IMG/VR virus record: IMGVR_UViG_3300042691_010023
Coordinates: 3,917-67,916 of that record
Source of the DNA: a virus
Strand: one strand, 5' to 3'
DNA length: 64,000 nucleotides
In this document: positions 60,755 to 64,000 of the stretch, piece by piece
Numbering within the stretch: position 1 is the stretch's first letter
Layout: every line of letters begins with the position of its first letter
The notes under the pieces: model-generated
Seen by the model: the letters and a program-made list of their open reading frames with translations, nothing else
What the model was told of the DNA's origin: nothing
Databases searched by the model: none
Position numbers and translations under genes: made by a program

Positions 60755-60817
60755 TGTTTGACTAATTGCTCCGATATTTATATGAAATGATTATTAATTT
60801 AAATTAGGAGCAAACTA

Positions 60818-62620
60818 ATGGCAGAAAAAATTGTTTCGCCTGGCGTGTTTACCAATGAAATTGACCAGTCGGCATTGCCAGCAGCAATTGCCGGTATCGG
60901 CGCAGCGATAATTGGTCCTACTCAGCGCGGGCCTGCAAATATTCCGACTACAGTAACTAGTTATTCAGAATTTGTTCAAACGTTTGGAGGAGTATTTACA
61001 TCGGGCTCCTTACGCGGAGAAAATACCTTTAAATATTTAACGAACCATTCAGCACAAGAATATCTTAAATATGGAGATACATTAACAGTTGTTCGTGTAT
61101 TAGCTGGAGCGTATGCTAATGCATTTTCCAATGTTGTTAGCGCACATACTGCTAGTGACGGCACTGCGCATGCCCCGTCATTCCGATTAACCTTGCTATC
61201 AGCAGGGGGAGTTGAAAATTCAGGTCAGTATGCCCGTGCTATTAGCGGTTCAGGTACGGGATCTGATGAAGGCGTAGGTCAAAAATTAATATCGGGATCA
61301 GAACAAAATCTTCGTTGGGAAGTTGCAAATGTAAGTAATACTAAAGGTACATTTACATTATTGCTTCGCCGAGGCGATGACATTGCAAATCGTAAAATTA
61401 TTGTAGAACAGTATAATAATTTAACGCTAGATCCAAATTCTCCAAATTACATTGCACGTGTAATTGGCGACACTGCTTATACACTAAGAGGTTCGGGGAC
61501 AGATCAACCATATTTCCAAATATCTGGTTCATATCCTAATCGTTCTAAATATGTACGTGTAACAGTATATAAAAATACAGTTAACTGGTTTGACCAAAAC
61601 GGATCACGTCGCAGTTCAGACTTTACCGGTAGTTTGCCTCAAGCAGTTTCTGGTACATTTGCCGGCGGAGATGATGGGTCAGTAGCACATCCAAAACGTT
61701 TTTACGAAAACATTTATAAAGGCGATAGTCAACAACAAGGATTTGATATGTCAAATTCAACATATCGTCTACCATATTCAGATGCTATCAAACTTCTTAA
61801 AAACCAAGATGACTACGACTTTAATCTATTAACATTGCCAGGTCTAGTACATAGCAATGATGATGCTAAAATTATTATTAGTGAAGCTCAACAAATGGTT
61901 GAATCTCGCGGTGATGCATTTTTAATTGTAGATCCTGCTAAGTACGGTACAACATTATCTGATATAATATTAGAGGCTGATGAACTTAACAGTAATTATG
62001 TAGCAGAATATTGGCCATGGGTATTGATATCAGATCGTGATTTAATGCGTAATGTTTGGGTACCGGCCAGTGTATTAGTACCTGGAGTATATGCATTTAA
62101 TGACCGAGTAGCTGCCCCATGGTATGCACCTGCAGGTTTAAATCGTGGTGGTATTGAAGTAGCATTACGTACTGAACGCAAACTTAACCAAAACAATCGT
62201 GATGATCTTTATAGTGCCAATGTTAATCCAATCGCTAGCTTCCCTAATCAAGGCGTTGTAGTATATGGACAAAAAACAATGCAAAAGAAGGCATCAGCAC
62301 TTGACCGTGTAAATGTACGTCGCTTATTAATCTCTGCTAAAAAGTTTGTTGCATCAACTACTAAGTATTTGATATTTGAACAAAATACAGCAGCTACCAG
62401 AAATCGTTTCTTAAGTATTGTTAATCCATACTTTGACAATGTTCAGCAACGTCAAGGATTGTATGCATTTAAAGTTGTAATGGACGAAAAAATGAATACA
62501 CCTGAAGTAGTTGACCGTAACGAATTGCGTGGTGCAATTTATCTGCAACCTACCAAGACTGCAGAATTTATAATTATTGATTTCAATATTCTTCCGACAG
62601 GCGCTGCTTTCCCAGAATAG
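60818..62620 (+). CDS. tail sheath protein 1 (gp18-like)
   Basis: SPGVFTNEID, GPANIPT, WYAPAGLNRG, NVNPI, YGQKT, RVNVRRLL, PTKTAEFI. Confidence 0.95.
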   Translation: MAEKIVSPGVFTNEIDQSALPAAIAGIGAAIIGPTQRGPANIPTTVTSYSEFVQTFGGVFTSGSLRGENTFKYLTNHSAQEYLKYGDTLTVVRVLAGAYANAFSNVVSAHTASDGTAHAPSFRLTLLSAGGVENSGQYARAISGSGTGSDEGVGQKLISGSEQNLRWEVANVSNTKGTFTLLLRRGDDIANRKIIVEQYNNLTLDPNSPNYIARVIGDTAYTLRGSGTDQPYFQISGSYPNRSKYVRVTVYKNTVNWFDQNGSRRSSDFTGSLPQAVSGTFAGGDDGSVAHPKRFYENIYKGDSQQQGFDMSNSTYRLPYSDAIKLLKNQDDYDFNLLTLPGLVHSNDDAKIIISEAQQMVESRGDAFLIVDPAKYGTTLSDIILEADELNSNYVAEYWPWVLISDRDLMRNVWVPASVLVPGVYAFNDRVAAPWYAPAGLNRGGIEVALRTERKLNQNNRDDLYSANVNPIASFPNQGVVVYGQKTMQKKASALDRVNVRRLLISAKKFVASTTKYLIFEQNTAATRNRFLSIVNPYFDNVQQRQGLYAFKVVMDEKMNTPEVVDRNELRGAIYLQPTKTAEFIIIDFNILPTGAAFPE

Positions 62621-62655
62621 TCGTAACGAATAGAAAATAAACAAGGAGAAAACTA

Positions 62656-64000
62656 ATGGCAGAAAAAATTGTTTCGCCAGGTGTATTTACGAATGAAATC
62701 GATCAGTCAGCCTTACCCGCAGCCGTTGCGGGTATTGGCGCGGCTGTCATCGGTCCTACATTCCGAGGCCCTGCGAATATTCCAACAACAGTAACCAGTT
62801 ATTCAGAATACGTATCTATATTCGGCGGAGCATTTACATCTGGTTCAGGCACCGGCGAAGGTACATATAAGTACTTAACTAATTACTCAGCGCAAGAATA
62901 TCTTAAATATGCTGATACGTTAACAGTTGTTCGCGTGTTACCGACAGATGCTGAGTACGCATACAGTAATGTAGTAGATCGTTCTGGATTTGGTACTATA
63001 TCATTTAAATTAACTTCGTTATCTGCAGGAGCACAAGAAAATTCTGGAGTACAAGCTGCATCAGATGCGGGTTCAGGTAGTAATGCAGATATAACAACTG
63101 GCGGTCGTTTAGTAAATGGCGCCGAAACTAATTTGCGCTGGGAAGTTTCAAATGTAAGTGAGACTAAAGGTACTTTTACATTATTAATACGTCGTGGTGA
63201 TGATATTACAAATCGTAAAATTATTTTAGAACAGTATAATAATTTAACATTAGACCCAACATCACCTAACTATATTGCACGTGTAATTGGTGATACTGCT
63301 TATACATTGGTAGATTCAGGTACTAATGAACCATATTTCCAAATATCTGGTTCATATCCTAATCGTTCTAAATATGTACGTGTAAGTGATATATCTAACA
63401 CTACTACTTGGTTCGATCAAAACGGTAAAATACGTATTAATAGCGCATCTGGAAGTCTTCCTGCTGCAGTATCTGGAACATTTGCATACGGTAATAATGG
63501 GACAGAAAGCCATCCAAAAGCTTTCTTTGAAAATATATTCGTATCAGCGTCAGGTAACTTTTTAACATTGGATGGAAATCAACAGCAAGGCTTTAATATG
63601 TCACAAAGTCAGTTCCGTGATCCTTATTTAGATGCTATTAATTTGCTACAGAATCAAGACGATTATGATTTCAACTTATTGACACTACCTGGATTGACTG
63701 ATGATAATTCATTTGCAAGTAGCATTTTAACTAAAGCGCAATTGATGGTTGAGACTCGAGGTGATGCATTTTTAATTGTAGATCCTGCTAAGTACGGTAA
63801 TACTATTTCGCAAATAGTACAAACTGCAGATACACGTAACAGTAATTATGCAGCAATGTATTGGCCTTGGGTATTAATTGGTGATGGCGAACTTGGACGT
63901 AATGTTTGGGTACCGGCTAGCACAGTTGTGCCTGGAGTATATGCATTTAATGACCGAGTAGCTGCCCCATGGTATGCACCTGCAGGTTTAAATCGTGGTG
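62656..64000 (+). CDS. tail sheath protein 2 (paralogue, 3'-truncated by window; not in ORF track)
   Basis: AAGGAG SD; MAEKIVSPGVFTNEIDQSALPAAVAGIG... open to the window end at WYAPAGLNRG. Confidence 0.93.
   Translation, partial: MAEKIVSPGVFTNEIDQSALPAAVAGIGAAVIGPTFRGPANIPTTVTSYSEYVSIFGGAFTSGSGTGEGTYKYLTNYSAQEYLKYADTLTVVRVLPTDAEYAYSNVVDRSGFGTISFKLTSLSAGAQENSGVQAASDAGSGSNADITTGGRLVNGAETNLRWEVSNVSETKGTFTLLIRRGDDITNRKIILEQYNNLTLDPTSPNYIARVIGDTAYTLVDSGTNEPYFQISGSYPNRSKYVRVSDISNTTTWFDQNGKIRINSASGSLPAAVSGTFAYGNNGTESHPKAFFENIFVSASGNFLTLDGNQQQGFNMSQSQFRDPYLDAINLLQNQDDYDFNLLTLPGLTDDNSFASSILTKAQLMVETRGDAFLIVDPAKYGNTISQIVQTADTRNSNYAAMYWPWVLIGDGELGRNVWVPASTVVPGVYAFNDRVAAPWYAPAGLNRG

Noticed and set aside
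1142-62644. Numerous 60-120 aa minus-strand and out-of-frame ORFs in the ORF track
   Set aside because: They lie within or overlap well-supported + strand genes, show no motifs, and look like shadow ORFs.
62618-62658. Readthrough fusion of sheath 1 and sheath 2
   Set aside because: TAG is followed by an in-frame TAA two codons later. Sheath 2 is in another frame with its own SD.
1-64000. Alternative genetic code (TAG/TGA reassignment, as in some large Bacteroidota phages)
   Set aside because: Conserved genes are full length in code 11. TAG ends primase and sheath 1 at the expected C-termini, and coding density is high.
1-64000. tRNA or rRNA genes
   Set aside because: Intergenic gaps are short and AT-rich and no cloverleaf or T-loop pattern was seen; tRNAscan was not run.

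Overview
This 64 kb window is part of a large, AT-rich, T4-like contractile-tailed (myovirus) phage genome. Essentially all credible genes are on the + strand and read in the standard genetic code. Gene order: UV-damage endonuclease, ClpP, HD hydrolase, putative late sigma factor, baseplate cluster (spike-, gp25- and gp6-like plus large structural proteins), T7-endoI-like resolvase, primase, a fused SbcD-SbcC (Mre11-Rad50), a ~2900-aa repeat-rich fibre with glycine-rich side fibres, a nucleotidyltransferase/ligase-like fusion, a lysis cassette, terminase, portal, prohead protease, ribosomal protein bS21, scaffold, major capsid, PhoH, neck proteins and two tandem tail-sheath genes (the second runs off the window). 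The host is inferred, not shown, to be Bacteroidota. The most interesting signal is regulatory. Genes behind host-type TTG-N20-TAT promoters, including bS21 itself, have A/T-rich leaders without Shine-Dalgarno motifs, whereas most genes behind a recurring ATATTTAT motif carry AGGA/GGAG motifs. This suggests a phage-bS21-driven translational switch. Other highlights are a probably capsid-packaged two-domain adenylyltransferase, a cysteine-less overlapping spanin-like pair, a modular fibre adaptor with an adaptor-only mini-gene, and patchy gene conversion between the two sheath paralogues. All functional calls come from motif recognition by eye; no database searches were run.
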